The notes beneath the pieces were generated by a model. That model was not told the origin of the DNA, made no database searches, and saw only the letters and a program-made list of their open reading frames with translations. From the IMG/VR virus record IMGVR_UViG_3300047160_010653, positions 1-64,000 of that record: a stretch of DNA of 64,000 nt, one strand, 5' to 3'. This document shows, piece after piece, positions 48,359-57,131 of this stretch. The stretch's first letter is position 1. Each line of letters begins with the position of its first letter. Made by a program: the position numbers and the translations under genes. This DNA is from a virus. Lineage: Duplodnaviria; Caudoviricetes.

Positions 48359-50932
48359 TTGCGCCAGAGCGGCATGTTGAACCTCAAAAGTGACGCCGAT
48401 CTGCTGTGGTTGAAAGAAAAGCGCAAGAGGGAGTCGACCGAGAGCTTCTGGCGTTACCGGCAATATGCCAATCCTCGTATGCTGGTCGACTGGTGGCCGC
48501 GTGCGGTCGCGTTCGAGCTGCACCGGTTCTGGCTGCAGTATAAGGCGGGGCTTCGTCCTAAGCTATTGCTGCAGGCTCCTCCTCAACACGGAAAGGCCGA
48601 GTTAAATCAAACACTTACGCTTACATCTGAGGGTTGGAGCACTCACGGTGATCTGAAGGTTGGAAGTCGGGTTTGGGGGCCGAACGGCAAGCTACGGCGG
48701 GTGACGGCGGTTTCTGCTGATACGCCGATGCACATGCGTGTTGAGCTGTCGAATGGGCAAGTGATCTATTGCCACGAACGTCATGAGTGGACCGTTAACG
48801 ACAAGAAATATCGTCGTCGAGGAGATCACTGGCGCACGTTCGAAACGCAGGAGTTACTACAGCAGGGGTTGCTGATTGGTGGTGTGCGAGGCAAGCGAGG
48901 CTCGCGATTTCGTTGGCACCTGCCTGCAGTGATGCCTCTACAGGGTTCGCAGCAATTTTTGCCTGTGGCGCCTTATGCGCTCGGTGTCTGGCTTGGTAAC
49001 GGAACGTGGCACGCACCTGTTATTACGCAGGCTGTGAAGGATGAAGCGCCGATTGAGTATATGCGTAAGCTTGGTTACACGACTTCGCATGTTGGCGTTC
49101 ATCCGACGATTGCCATTAGACAGTTTTACTTTAGCGCCAAGGCTGGTGGGCGAGATTTGCGGGGGGAGCTGCGCAATCTCGGTTTTGCAATGCCTACTAA
49201 CGAGGATATCGGTGAGCGTCAGCAGAAGTTTATCCCTGATTGTTATTTCGTTGCGCCGCTTGCGGATCGCTTAGAGTTGCTTGCTGGACTGATCGACACC
49301 GACGGCTATGTGTATCACCGAAATGGTCGCGTCGTTTTTGTCACTGCTGATCCGTTGATGCGAGATGCGTTTGTCGCATTGCTGGCGACGTTTGGTTGGC
49401 ACGGTGCCGTTGACAGGACGCCGCCGCGACGTTCATCGAGCACCCGTTTTGCTATTGAGGGGCGGCGTGATTGTTTCTATATCGGATTTAGCCCGACGCT
49501 CGATATTCCCTGCAAGCTGTTGCGTAAGCGTTTGCAACGTGTCTTCGAACGATCAAAGCCGGTAGCGATCGTCTCGGTTACTCGTTCGAAGAAAAGCTAT
49601 GGCATGGGTCGCTGCATTACTGTTGATGCGCCTGATGGGTTGTATTTGACTGGTGAAACATTGCAGCCGACACACAATTCGCTTTCACTGATTGATTTCA
49701 TTGCCTGGATCGTTGGACTCGACCCGAACTTGCGTGTGATCTATTCGAGTTTCTCGGATCGCCTGGGAGTTCGAGCAAATCTTCGTTTGCAGCGGGCTCT
49801 TGGTTCTGAAGCATATAAAAGCATTTTTGATACTCGTATCTCTAATGGCAGTGTAGTTACCGATGCTTCGCGGTTTCTTCGTAACCATGAGATACTGGAG
49901 TTTGTCGGAAATGAAGGGTATTTCAGGAATACAACTGTCGGCGGACCTATAACCGGCGAAGCGCTGGATATCGGCGTAATTGACGACCCAATCAAGGGCC
50001 GCGCCGAAGCGCAGTCGGAGACGATCCGCGACAAGACATGGGCGTGGCTGACCGATGATTTTTTGTCGCGGTTCGCGGACAAAGGTGCGATGGTGTCTAT
50101 TCTCACACGGTGGCATTTGGATGACCCTGCTGGAAGGCTTATTGAGCATTATCCTGGTGTACGTGTGCTTCGCTATCCCGCTATTGCCGAGGTCGACGAG
50201 CGGCACCAAGTCGGACAGCGAGAATGGTACACGCGACGAGCCGGAGAACCGCTGTTCCCTCGACTGAAATCGCGTGAGTTTCTCGACAAGCAGAAAAGTG
50301 TGATGACGCTGTCGGGGTGGGAGAGCGTTTACCAGCAGTCACCGATCATCGCTGGCGGCGACATGTTCCCGGTTGAGAAGGTTGAGATACTGCCGGAGCG
50401 ACCGGCACGGGCAAATGTCTTGTCTTCGGTGCGTTATTTTGATAAAGCGGGCACCGCTGATGGTGGGGCCTATACGGCGGGTGTCCTCATGCTGAAGATG
50501 AAAGATGGTACGTTCTGTGTCGCTGATATTCGTCGTGGGCAGTGGAGCGCACTGGATCGCGAGAGAGTTATTCTGCAGACAGCGCATCTCGATCAGCAGA
50601 TGTATCCAGAGACCAGAATTTATTTAGAGCAGGAACCTGGCAGTGGGGGCAAAGAATCTGCGGAAGCATCGATTAGGATGCTGTCCGGTTTTGTGGCGGA
50701 AGCCGACAAGGTGACAGGGGCGAAGGAATTGCGCGCCGAACCATTTGCCGCACAGTGGCAGTCGGGCAATATCAAGTTGGTCAACGGAAGCTTTGCGAAA
50801 GCGTTTCTGGACGAAGCAGAGGTTTTCCCTGTCGGCAAGTACAAGGATCAAATCGATGCGTCGAGTGGCGCGTTCAATAAGCTCGCGGGTCGCTACAATG
50901 GATATCCCGATTCTGTGGCTTGGATTGGGTGA
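48359..50932 (+). CDS. terL: Terminase large subunit (intein-containing precursor)
   Basis: LQAPPQHGK/S Walker A, GGPITG...DIGVIDDP Walker B, TRWHLDD..GRL, C-terminal nuclease YFDKA...EQE.GSGG...DQIDASS.AF. Confidence 0.95.
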   Translation: MRQSGMLNLKSDADLLWLKEKRKRESTESFWRYRQYANPRMLVDWWPRAVAFELHRFWLQYKAGLRPKLLLQAPPQHGKAELNQTLTLTSEGWSTHGDLKVGSRVWGPNGKLRRVTAVSADTPMHMRVELSNGQVIYCHERHEWTVNDKKYRRRGDHWRTFETQELLQQGLLIGGVRGKRGSRFRWHLPAVMPLQGSQQFLPVAPYALGVWLGNGTWHAPVITQAVKDEAPIEYMRKLGYTTSHVGVHPTIAIRQFYFSAKAGGRDLRGELRNLGFAMPTNEDIGERQQKFIPDCYFVAPLADRLELLAGLIDTDGYVYHRNGRVVFVTADPLMRDAFVALLATFGWHGAVDRTPPRRSSSTRFAIEGRRDCFYIGFSPTLDIPCKLLRKRLQRVFERSKPVAIVSVTRSKKSYGMGRCITVDAPDGLYLTGETLQPTHNSLSLIDFIAWIVGLDPNLRVIYSSFSDRLGVRANLRLQRALGSEAYKSIFDTRISNGSVVTDASRFLRNHEILEFVGNEGYFRNTTVGGPITGEALDIGVIDDPIKGRAEAQSETIRDKTWAWLTDDFLSRFADKGAMVSILTRWHLDDPAGRLIEHYPGVRVLRYPAIAEVDERHQVGQREWYTRRAGEPLFPRLKSREFLDKQKSVMTLSGWESVYQQSPIIAGGDMFPVEKVEILPERPARANVLSSVRYFDKAGTADGGAYTAGVLMLKMKDGTFCVADIRRGQWSALDRERVILQTAHLDQQMYPETRIYLEQEPGSGGKESAEASIRMLSGFVAEADKVTGAKELRAEPFAAQWQSGNIKLVNGSFAKAFLDEAEVFPVGKYKDQIDASSGAFNKLAGRYNGYPDSVAWIG
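48596..49678 (+). mobile_element. Class 3 intein (361 aa) with LAGLIDADG homing endonuclease
   Basis: GK|AELNQ...CHERHEW (block B Trp)...YALGVWLGNG...LLAGLIDTDG...GRCITV (block F Cys)...QPTHN|S (block G Thr, His-Asn, Ser+1). Confidence 0.92.
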
Positions 50933-51130
50933 GTGGGGGCCTGCATGAAGGTTCTTGTTGAGATCGTAAGGTTTCAGATTGACGACGACGGTTGGATGGT
51001 TGGGATCAGATCAGACGGCCACACGGTGGCGGTGCAGGGACCATTTCAGCTCGATGTGGCGGAGATGGTGTGCGCTGAGCTGGAGCGTCGCGCTTATGCT
51101 GCGCAGGACGACAAGGCGATGAAGTCATGA
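50933..51130 (+). CDS. Hypothetical protein
   Basis: ORF track; likely start MKVLV at 50945. Confidence 0.45.
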   Translation: MGACMKVLVEIVRFQIDDDGWMVGIRSDGHTVAVQGPFQLDVAEMVCAELERRAYAAQDDKAMKS

Positions 51131-51299
51131 GAATCTGCTTTGGCTGCAAGCAGCCATTCGAGACGATCCCGCCCGGCGAGGATGACACGCCGCGGATCGC
51201 CAAGGACTGGTTTGGACGCGAGTGGCATCAGGCGTGCTACGACACGGCTGCCGATGATTTTCTTTCGACCGTGCCAACGCGGCCGGAGCGGCATCGGTA

Positions 51300-51566
51300 A
51301 TGACGTGGACGACGCACCGTTTACGTAACCTGAAGCCGGGCGAGCGTATGACCTATTACCGCGGCGATTTCGGTTATGACACCGTGCACGGGCCGTCGGA
51401 CTACTGCTCGATCCTCGCTGATGTCATGCGTGTGGCAGCGCATCTGGAAGACTGTGGACGGATTCGATTGGAGAAGTTTGAGCACCACGGCGATTACGAT
51501 CGCAGAACACAGAACGCCAAGAAGTGGTTTGAATACGTTGCGGTGGGCTGTGAAGAGACCGTTTGA
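51300..51566 (+). CDS. Hypothetical protein
   Basis: LKPGERMTYYRGD...FEYVAVG. Confidence 0.55.
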   Translation: MTWTTHRLRNLKPGERMTYYRGDFGYDTVHGPSDYCSILADVMRVAAHLEDCGRIRLEKFEHHGDYDRRTQNAKKWFEYVAVGCEETV

Positions 51567-51650
51567 GGAAGCGTTCTGGGTTGCCGGAATGGTTTTCTTT
51601 TTTGCGGTGATGTTTTTTGCGTTCTTCGAAATGTTGAACCGGGTAGCGCA

Positions 51651-52064
51651 ATGAAACTGAACTCGTTCGTCGACCGGAATCCGACGCGAGCGAACGTACC
51701 TTGCGGCACCTGCACACTCTGTTGTCGCACCATGCTCGTGCCGCTCGCCGAGGAAGAGACCGATTATCTGTGGGCGTGGGTGGAGCACCCGAAGACGGGA
51801 GAGCGATTAGGGCGTGCGTTGCAACGGCGGCCGGATGGCGCATGTGTTTACCTCGGGGAAAAGGGCTGCACGATCTGGGATCGCGCGCCACATGTATGCC
51901 AGGTTTTTAGTTGCGCGGATGTTGTGACGCGATGGAATCGAAATGAAAGGCGTCATATGGTTAACAGTGGGAAGCTTCCCAAGTCTCTGTTCATACGCGG
52001 ACGTGAAATACTTGAACTTTATGAAAAAGAAAACCAGCGGCCAGTCTTAGGACGACGCTCGTGA
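51651..52064 (+). CDS. YkgJ-family (CxxCxxCC) cysteine-cluster protein
   Basis: PCGTCTLCC...GACVYL..KGCTIW.R.PHVCQVFSC. Confidence 0.8.
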   Translation: MKLNSFVDRNPTRANVPCGTCTLCCRTMLVPLAEEETDYLWAWVEHPKTGERLGRALQRRPDGACVYLGEKGCTIWDRAPHVCQVFSCADVVTRWNRNERRHMVNSGKLPKSLFIRGREILELYEKENQRPVLGRRS

Positions 52065-52128
52065 AGTACGAGTACAGTCAGACGGCCGAAGCGTTGTCCA
52101 GTGAGGTCTTCAAGAGCGGGCATGCAGC

Positions 52129-52449
52129 ATGCTCGCAGTCAGCGGTTTGACTGTCAAAGAGGCTGGCATGGACGAGCCACGTAATCAACTCAGGCCAGTT
52201 GCCGAAGAGCCTGTTCGTGCGCGCACGCGAGATGACGAAGAGGACCTGAAGTTGCTCAAGCAGGAATATGCCAATGCGATGGCTGAGTGTCGGCGTTTTG
52301 AGCAGCTCGCAGCCAGCAATCGCTTGAGAGCGTATGGATATGCGAAAGAGATCGAAGACCGGTTCGGCATTCCGGTGGGGATTGGTGTCGGTGATCTCGT
52401 GACGATGGACGAGCTGCAGAGGTTGATGGGAACTGTCACACGGTCTTGA
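52129..52449 (+). CDS. Hypothetical coiled-coil protein
   Basis: ORF track; likely start MDEPR. Confidence 0.45.
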   Translation: MLAVSGLTVKEAGMDEPRNQLRPVAEEPVRARTRDDEEDLKLLKQEYANAMAECRRFEQLAASNRLRAYGYAKEIEDRFGIPVGIGVGDLVTMDELQRLMGTVTRS

Positions 52450-52551
52450 TATCAGTGATGTAACACACCTCGATCGTATCGGAATTGAGGAAGAGCGTTA
52501 ATGGCTAGTGTTGCTGGTTGTCGTGAGATCGAACAACAAGAGGAGTAATCT

Positions 52552-52875
52552 ATGAGCGCGGTTCCTGTAATTCTTAACGGCGTGTTCATGCCGTCGGGCA
52601 AGACGGCGGATGACGTGCCGATCAAAGGTACGATGATCGGCTACCTCAGCATCCAGGGTCTTGAAATTGGTGGCGGTCCGATCATCCCTCCGGATGTCGA
52701 TCCGCCTCCGATCGACCCTCCTCCGGTCGATCCTCCGGTCAACCCTCCTCCTAGTGTTGCCATTGTCGTCAAACCCGCACCGGTGACCGGCGGTTGGGGT
52801 ATCGCGACAGACTCCAGCCAGAAGTTTCAGTGGTTCTACACTCCTGGCGCGATGAGCGCGGGACCGAAGCGTTAG
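52552..52875 (+). CDS. Pro-rich hypothetical protein
   Basis: GAGGAG RBS; (D/N)PPP repeats. Confidence 0.65.
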   Translation: MSAVPVILNGVFMPSGKTADDVPIKGTMIGYLSIQGLEIGGGPIIPPDVDPPPIDPPPVDPPVNPPPSVAIVVKPAPVTGGWGIATDSSQKFQWFYTPGAMSAGPKR

Positions 52876-52941
52876 TAAGGCGTGTTGTGATTTCCTCCCT
52901 GTCTCTAACTTCCCTCCCCGTTCTGCGGGGAGGGTCCTTTG

Positions 52942-53316
52942 ATGGCCGGGCCTGCTGAAGAGGCAGGCAAAGTAGCTGGTAGCGCGGTCGACGCGCTGAA
53001 AGGCAACCCGGCAATTCTTGCGCTGGTGATCTTGCAGTTCTTCATTCTCGGCGCGGTGCTGTACAATTCGATCGATCGTCAGCGGGCCAACACGGCCAAC
53101 GTCGCCGAGCTGCATGCGTTGATCGACAGATGTATTGCGCGGTTTGAGCCCACCAAGGATTTTCGCAAGGTGAGGAGAATCAACATGAGCGATGAAAAGA
53201 AACCTGAAGAGAAGAAGCCTGCGCCTGCACCGGAGCCGAAGCCCGATCAGGCACACGAGAACAAAGCACCTCCAGGGCAGCCTGCGACTGTAGTGCTACC
53301 GCCGGATCAGAGATAA
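52942..53316 (+). CDS. Single-TM membrane protein (holin candidate) with K/P-rich tail
   Basis: PAILALVILQFFILGAVLY hydrophobic helix. Confidence 0.45.
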   Translation: MAGPAEEAGKVAGSAVDALKGNPAILALVILQFFILGAVLYNSIDRQRANTANVAELHALIDRCIARFEPTKDFRKVRRINMSDEKKPEEKKPAPAPEPKPDQAHENKAPPGQPATVVLPPDQR

Positions 53317-53547
53317 ATGTCCGAGGATCAAGTTCTGCGTCCTGCGCTGCATGTCGACCGTGACAGGTTTCTATCGGAAGGTATGTCACAAAGGGACGTC
53401 GAAGAAGCCGAGTTCAATGCCGAGTGCGATCATCTGGCTGCCGCGCTCGATTATTTGATTAGCAGGTATCGCGATCGCATGCCGCTCGAATACGCCTCTA
53501 TGCTTACGAAGGCCGTCGATCTAATCAAGTGTTCGCGTCTGAGATAG
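53317..53547 (+). CDS. Hypothetical protein
   Basis: TAAATG coupling. Confidence 0.5.
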   Translation: MSEDQVLRPALHVDRDRFLSEGMSQRDVEEAEFNAECDHLAAALDYLISRYRDRMPLEYASMLTKAVDLIKCSRLR

Positions 53548-53659
53548 CCTACGCACCTCCCCAGGTGCGTCGAGGCAGCCCCTGGCTTACCCCATCCCCC
53601 CAAGCTCGTGGCGGCTGCCTCCATTCGATACGCGCTTTGTCACCAACAAACGGCGCGTA

Positions 53660-53700
53660 AAAGGCCGCTCCTGGTCTCAAGGGAGCGGCCTTCCTTTCCA
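53660..53700 (+). terminator. Stable hairpin/terminator
   Basis: aaggccgctcc-tggtctcaag-ggagcggcctt followed by cctttcc. Confidence 0.45.
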
Positions 53701-53717
53701 AAAATGGGAGCTGAAAC

Positions 53718-53942
53718 ATGCCGTCGATTGGCGAGCAGCGCGTGCGTATTACGTTCAATCCCTCGGCCAGCGAAATGGTCGAGGTGCTCAAACAGAAGTC
53801 TGCCGAGTTGATCGATCTGTGTGAGCAGCTCAAGGTCAAGGACGCGCGGTTGGCATCCTTGGCGCAGACTTCATATGAGGAAGCCTGTGGTTGGGCCGTC
53901 AAAGCGTCCACGACGCCGGAAAAGCCAAATGCATTGGGATAA
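53718..53942 (+). CDS. Acb2/Tad1-like helical-hairpin protein (candidate immune-signal sponge)
   Basis: RVRITFNPS...LKQKSAELIDL...RLASLAQTSYEEA..WAVKA.T hairpin, recalled as the Acb2/Tad1 hairpin family. Confidence 0.6.
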   Translation: MPSIGEQRVRITFNPSASEMVEVLKQKSAELIDLCEQLKVKDARLASLAQTSYEEACGWAVKASTTPEKPNALG

Positions 53943-54234
53943 CCTGTGGCCTGACATACCGCCGCGCGCCAAGCTGATGATGCATCGGTTGGTTATGTCG
54001 GAGGCGCGCGAGAAAGAGCAGCGCGAAGAAGTGCGCAGGCTCGAACTGGAGCGCTGCACATTCAAAGAGAAAATCTTGCGGCTTGAAGCCAAGATCGCGA
54101 GCATCGAAGAGATCACCAAAACCGAGGGTTATTGGGAGCGTCAATGGCGTAGTGAAGCCAAGGCGCGCGAATGGGCGGAGGCCAAACTTTATGAACGTAA
54201 GTTGGCTCCACAGAGCGCTGGCCAACGGACCTGA
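53935..54234 (+). CDS. Hypothetical coiled-coil protein
   Basis: Overlap coupling; helical heptads. Confidence 0.45.
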   Translation, partial: WDNLWPDIPPRAKLMMHRLVMSEAREKEQREEVRRLELERCTFKEKILRLEAKIASIEEITKTEGYWERQWRSEAKAREWAEAKLYERKLAPQSAGQRT

Positions 54235-54375
54235 GCTTCGTCAGGTCATGTCTGTTTGGCATTCGGTCATCGACAGTTTCGTGCCGACTGCGGCGCTGGT
54301 CGGCCCCGACGGCTTTACGCCGGTCGGCATCGATATCCTGGTGCCGCGCAAGAAACCCGCCAACGACAATTGAGA

Positions 54376-55224
54376 ATGAATTATTACAACGACAATGATC
54401 CATATGTGGCACAATGGCTGCGCAATCTGATTCAAGCTGGTCATATTCCGCGTGGCGATGTGGACGAGCGCGACATCGCTGATGTGAAATCACGCGATCT
54501 GAGGGGATACGTGCAATGTCATTTCTTTGCCGGGATCGCCGGATGGCCGTTGGCGCTGCGAATGGCAGGGTGGCCGAGTGAGCGCTCTTTATGGACCGGA
54601 TCGTGTCCGTGCCAGCCATTCTCGTATGTTGGTAGCCGGAGCGGTGAAGACGATCCGCGCCATCTCTGGCCGGAGTGGTTCCGGCTCATCCGCCAGTGTC
54701 GGCCTGCAACGATCTTTGGAGAGCAGGTTGCAGCGGCAATTGGGCAAGGTTGGCTCGACACTGTTTTCGCTGACCTGGAAAAGCAGGGTTACGCCTGCGG
54801 GGCGGCCGTACTGCCAGCTTGCAGCGTCGGCGCGCCGCATATCAGACAGCGATTATGGTTCGTGGCCGACGCCGCAGGCATACGGTGTAACGAGTCCGCG
54901 CGATCTGGGGAAACGAGTCAAGGGCGACAGGCAGACACGCAATCCAAGGTTTCTCGGAAACACACGCAAGGATTTGGCAGATGTAGTAGGGCTGGCAAGC
55001 TGGACGACGCCGCGGGCCAACAAGTGGGGCGAGCCGGACAGCCATGGAAAAACTGTTCTTGGCTCCCTTGCGCAGACGGAAAGGCGCGGCCAGTTGAACC
55101 CGACGTTTTCCCTTTGGCTCATGGGGTTTCCGCCCGAATGGGAAAGCTGCGCGCCGCAGGCAATGCGATCGTCCCGCAAGTTGCGGCGCAATTCGTAAGA
55201 GCGGCGATGGAGATTGCGTCGTGA
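54376..55224 (+). CDS. C5 cytosine DNA methyltransferase, alpha polypeptide
   Basis: HFFAGIAGW (motif I), GSCPCQPFS (motif IV), IFGEQV (VI), GAPH.RQRLWFVA (VIII), LRAAGNAIVPQVA (X). Confidence 0.92.
   Translation: MNYYNDNDPYVAQWLRNLIQAGHIPRGDVDERDIADVKSRDLRGYVQCHFFAGIAGWPLALRMAGWPSERSLWTGSCPCQPFSYVGSRSGEDDPRHLWPEWFRLIRQCRPATIFGEQVAAAIGQGWLDTVFADLEKQGYACGAAVLPACSVGAPHIRQRLWFVADAAGIRCNESARSGETSQGRQADTQSKVSRKHTQGFGRCSRAGKLDDAAGQQVGRAGQPWKNCSWLPCADGKARPVEPDVFPLAHGVSARMGKLRAAGNAIVPQVAAQFVRAAMEIAS
54626..55198 (+). CDS. Nested alternative-frame beta polypeptide of the C5 methyltransferase (motif IX-bearing)
   Basis: Open +1 frame within the alpha gene: SLESRL...GSTLFSLTWK..TP.GR...SWPTP...SWTTP...QLNPTFSLWLMGFPPEW; start ATG 54626 or GTG 54644. 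Confidence 0.7.
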   Translation: MLVAGAVKTIRAISGRSGSGSSASVGLQRSLESRLQRQLGKVGSTLFSLTWKSRVTPAGRPYCQLAASARRISDSDYGSWPTPQAYGVTSPRDLGKRVKGDRQTRNPRFLGNTRKDLADVVGLASWTTPRANKWGEPDSHGKTVLGSLAQTERRGQLNPTFSLWLMGFPPEWESCAPQAMRSSRKLRRNS

Positions 55225-55301
55225 GTGACGACGAACAGGGGGCAATCTGAAACGGGACATCGGTTTCACGGACATTTTCAACCTTCGGTGAGGAGCATGG
55301 C

Positions 55302-56840
55302 ATGGTTCGCAGAATTGCGATATCGTCGGGACATGGCTTGCATATCAGAGGCGCGCGGGGCAATCCGGTGCCGCCACAGTGCGATGAGGTCGACGAGGCC
55401 CGCAAGATCGTTGACAAGGTAGCCTCGTTGTTGAGCTGCCCCAAATTTCATGACAACATTTCATACGATCAGTCGACCAATCTTCACACGATCGTCGCGT
55501 GGCATGATAAACAGCAGCGTGACCTCGACGTGTCGGTCCACCTGAACGCGACGGCAGGCGCGCACGGCACCGAGGTGCTGTATGTCTCGGACGGAACGAA
55601 ATCGCTAGCGAAGGAAGTTTGCGATGCGATTTGCAAAGCCGGTGGCTTTACAAACCGCGGACCGAAGAAGCGCACCGATCTTTATTTCCTGAACAACACC
55701 GACGAGCCTGCGATCCTGCTCGAAATGTTCTTTTGTGATACCACCAGCGACTGCGACCTCTACCGCAAGAATTTCGAGGCTATATGCTCGGCGATAGCTT
55801 CGTCAATCTCTGGGCAACCTGTCAAAGACGACGCTCCCGGCAAGTGGCCCGAGAACCCACGCGATGTGCCGGTCGAACAACGCTCGACCGTCGCGCGGGG
55901 CGACTACGGCCAGGATGTCACCGATCTGCAGAAGATGCTGCCGCGGTTCATTGGTGAAATTGACGGCGACTTCGGGTCAGTGACCGAGGCCGAGGTACTC
56001 GACTATCAGCGTTCGCGCGGGCTCGTCGCCGACGGCGTTGTCGGGCCGAACACGTGGCACGCACTGTACGATCGGAAACCTCCTCTTCCGCCGCCAGCGG
56101 CGTTCACACAGGCGCAGCAAGATGAAATTTGCCGGATCGCGATCAACTCGCACATCGCCGAGTACGCCTGGAAAAACAGAGGACGTGCGCCTGCTGGATA
56201 CACCAAAGGCATGGCGCTCGCGTTCGCTTCCACTTATCGCAAGCTTCAGCATAACCATCCCGCTGCGATCGACATGGCGAAAGCGCGGGTGAACAGCGAC
56301 AAGGATGCACTAAACCTCTACAAGTCGAAGTTCGATCAACTGGGAATGAACAATGAGCATTCCGGGCCGGATACTCTACGACACCTCTACGCCCTTATGC
56401 TGGGTCATGGAATGCGCGAAAGTAGCGGACGGCACTGCGAAGGACGAGACCAGAGTGCGAGCAACACTAGCAGCGACACTGCGGAGGCTGGGCTTTTTCA
56501 ACATTCTTGGAATTCGCATTCCGCAAGCGATCCCGAGTTCAGCGATCTCATGACTGAATTTTCGACGGGGCAGAGTCCCAGTTACCTTGACCAATTCGCT
56601 GAAGACGTATCATGCAGCACCAGCGACTGGGCTTGTTATGGTTCAGGAAACGGTTACGAGTTCCAGGACCTCTGCAAGACCGCGCCTGCGTTTGCGGTCG
56701 AGACTTGCGCGCTTACATTGCGCAATCTCGCGAACCATTACGGTCCGATTATCCGCGGCGAAACCGAGCTGCGTGAAGATAGCGATGAGATGTTCCGCGA
56801 CGTACAGGCGTATGTCGACCGCCTGGAGGGTGAGGTATGA
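55302..56840 (+). CDS. Endolysin: Amidase_3 + peptidoglycan-binding domain + lysozyme/SLT-like C-terminal domain
   Basis: ISSGHG...E...SVHLNA...GTEV...AILLE.FFCD (Amidase_3); G.DV..LQ..L...DGDFG..TE..V..YQ..RGL.ADGVVG..TW (PG_binding_1); MRESSG...AGLFQ.SWN. Confidence 0.9.
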   Translation: MVRRIAISSGHGLHIRGARGNPVPPQCDEVDEARKIVDKVASLLSCPKFHDNISYDQSTNLHTIVAWHDKQQRDLDVSVHLNATAGAHGTEVLYVSDGTKSLAKEVCDAICKAGGFTNRGPKKRTDLYFLNNTDEPAILLEMFFCDTTSDCDLYRKNFEAICSAIASSISGQPVKDDAPGKWPENPRDVPVEQRSTVARGDYGQDVTDLQKMLPRFIGEIDGDFGSVTEAEVLDYQRSRGLVADGVVGPNTWHALYDRKPPLPPPAAFTQAQQDEICRIAINSHIAEYAWKNRGRAPAGYTKGMALAFASTYRKLQHNHPAAIDMAKARVNSDKDALNLYKSKFDQLGMNNEHSGPDTLRHLYALMLGHGMRESSGRHCEGRDQSASNTSSDTAEAGLFQHSWNSHSASDPEFSDLMTEFSTGQSPSYLDQFAEDVSCSTSDWACYGSGNGYEFQDLCKTAPAFAVETCALTLRNLANHYGPIIRGETELREDSDEMFRDVQAYVDRLEGEV

Positions 56841-57055
56841 ACGGCATCGGTTGGGCAGTAAAGCAACTTCAGAACGGCAGTCGTGTCAGTCGTTCAGGAT
56901 GGAATGGTAAAGGCATGTGGCTGGAGCTGCAGGTGCCTGACGAAAATTCTAAAATGACATTGCCCTATGTTTACATGAAAACGGCTGATAATCAGTTGGT
57001 GCCGTGGTTGTGTTCACAGACAGACCTGCTCGCTATTGATTGGGGCGAAGCCTGA
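56837..57055 (+). CDS. DUF2829 / Tad2-like (Thoeris anti-defence 2) protein
   Basis: G.RV.R.GWNGKGMW...LPY.YMKT....VPW..SQTD.LA.DW, the DUF2829 signature. Confidence 0.85.
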   Translation: MNGIGWAVKQLQNGSRVSRSGWNGKGMWLELQVPDENSKMTLPYVYMKTADNQLVPWLCSQTDLLAIDWGEA

Positions 57056-57131
57056 TCTTTGTCTAGTGGCGGGCAAACTTTCAGAAAATCGGCTGGCGAT
57101 ACGGACCGTGCGCGTGCGCGCATAACCTCTA

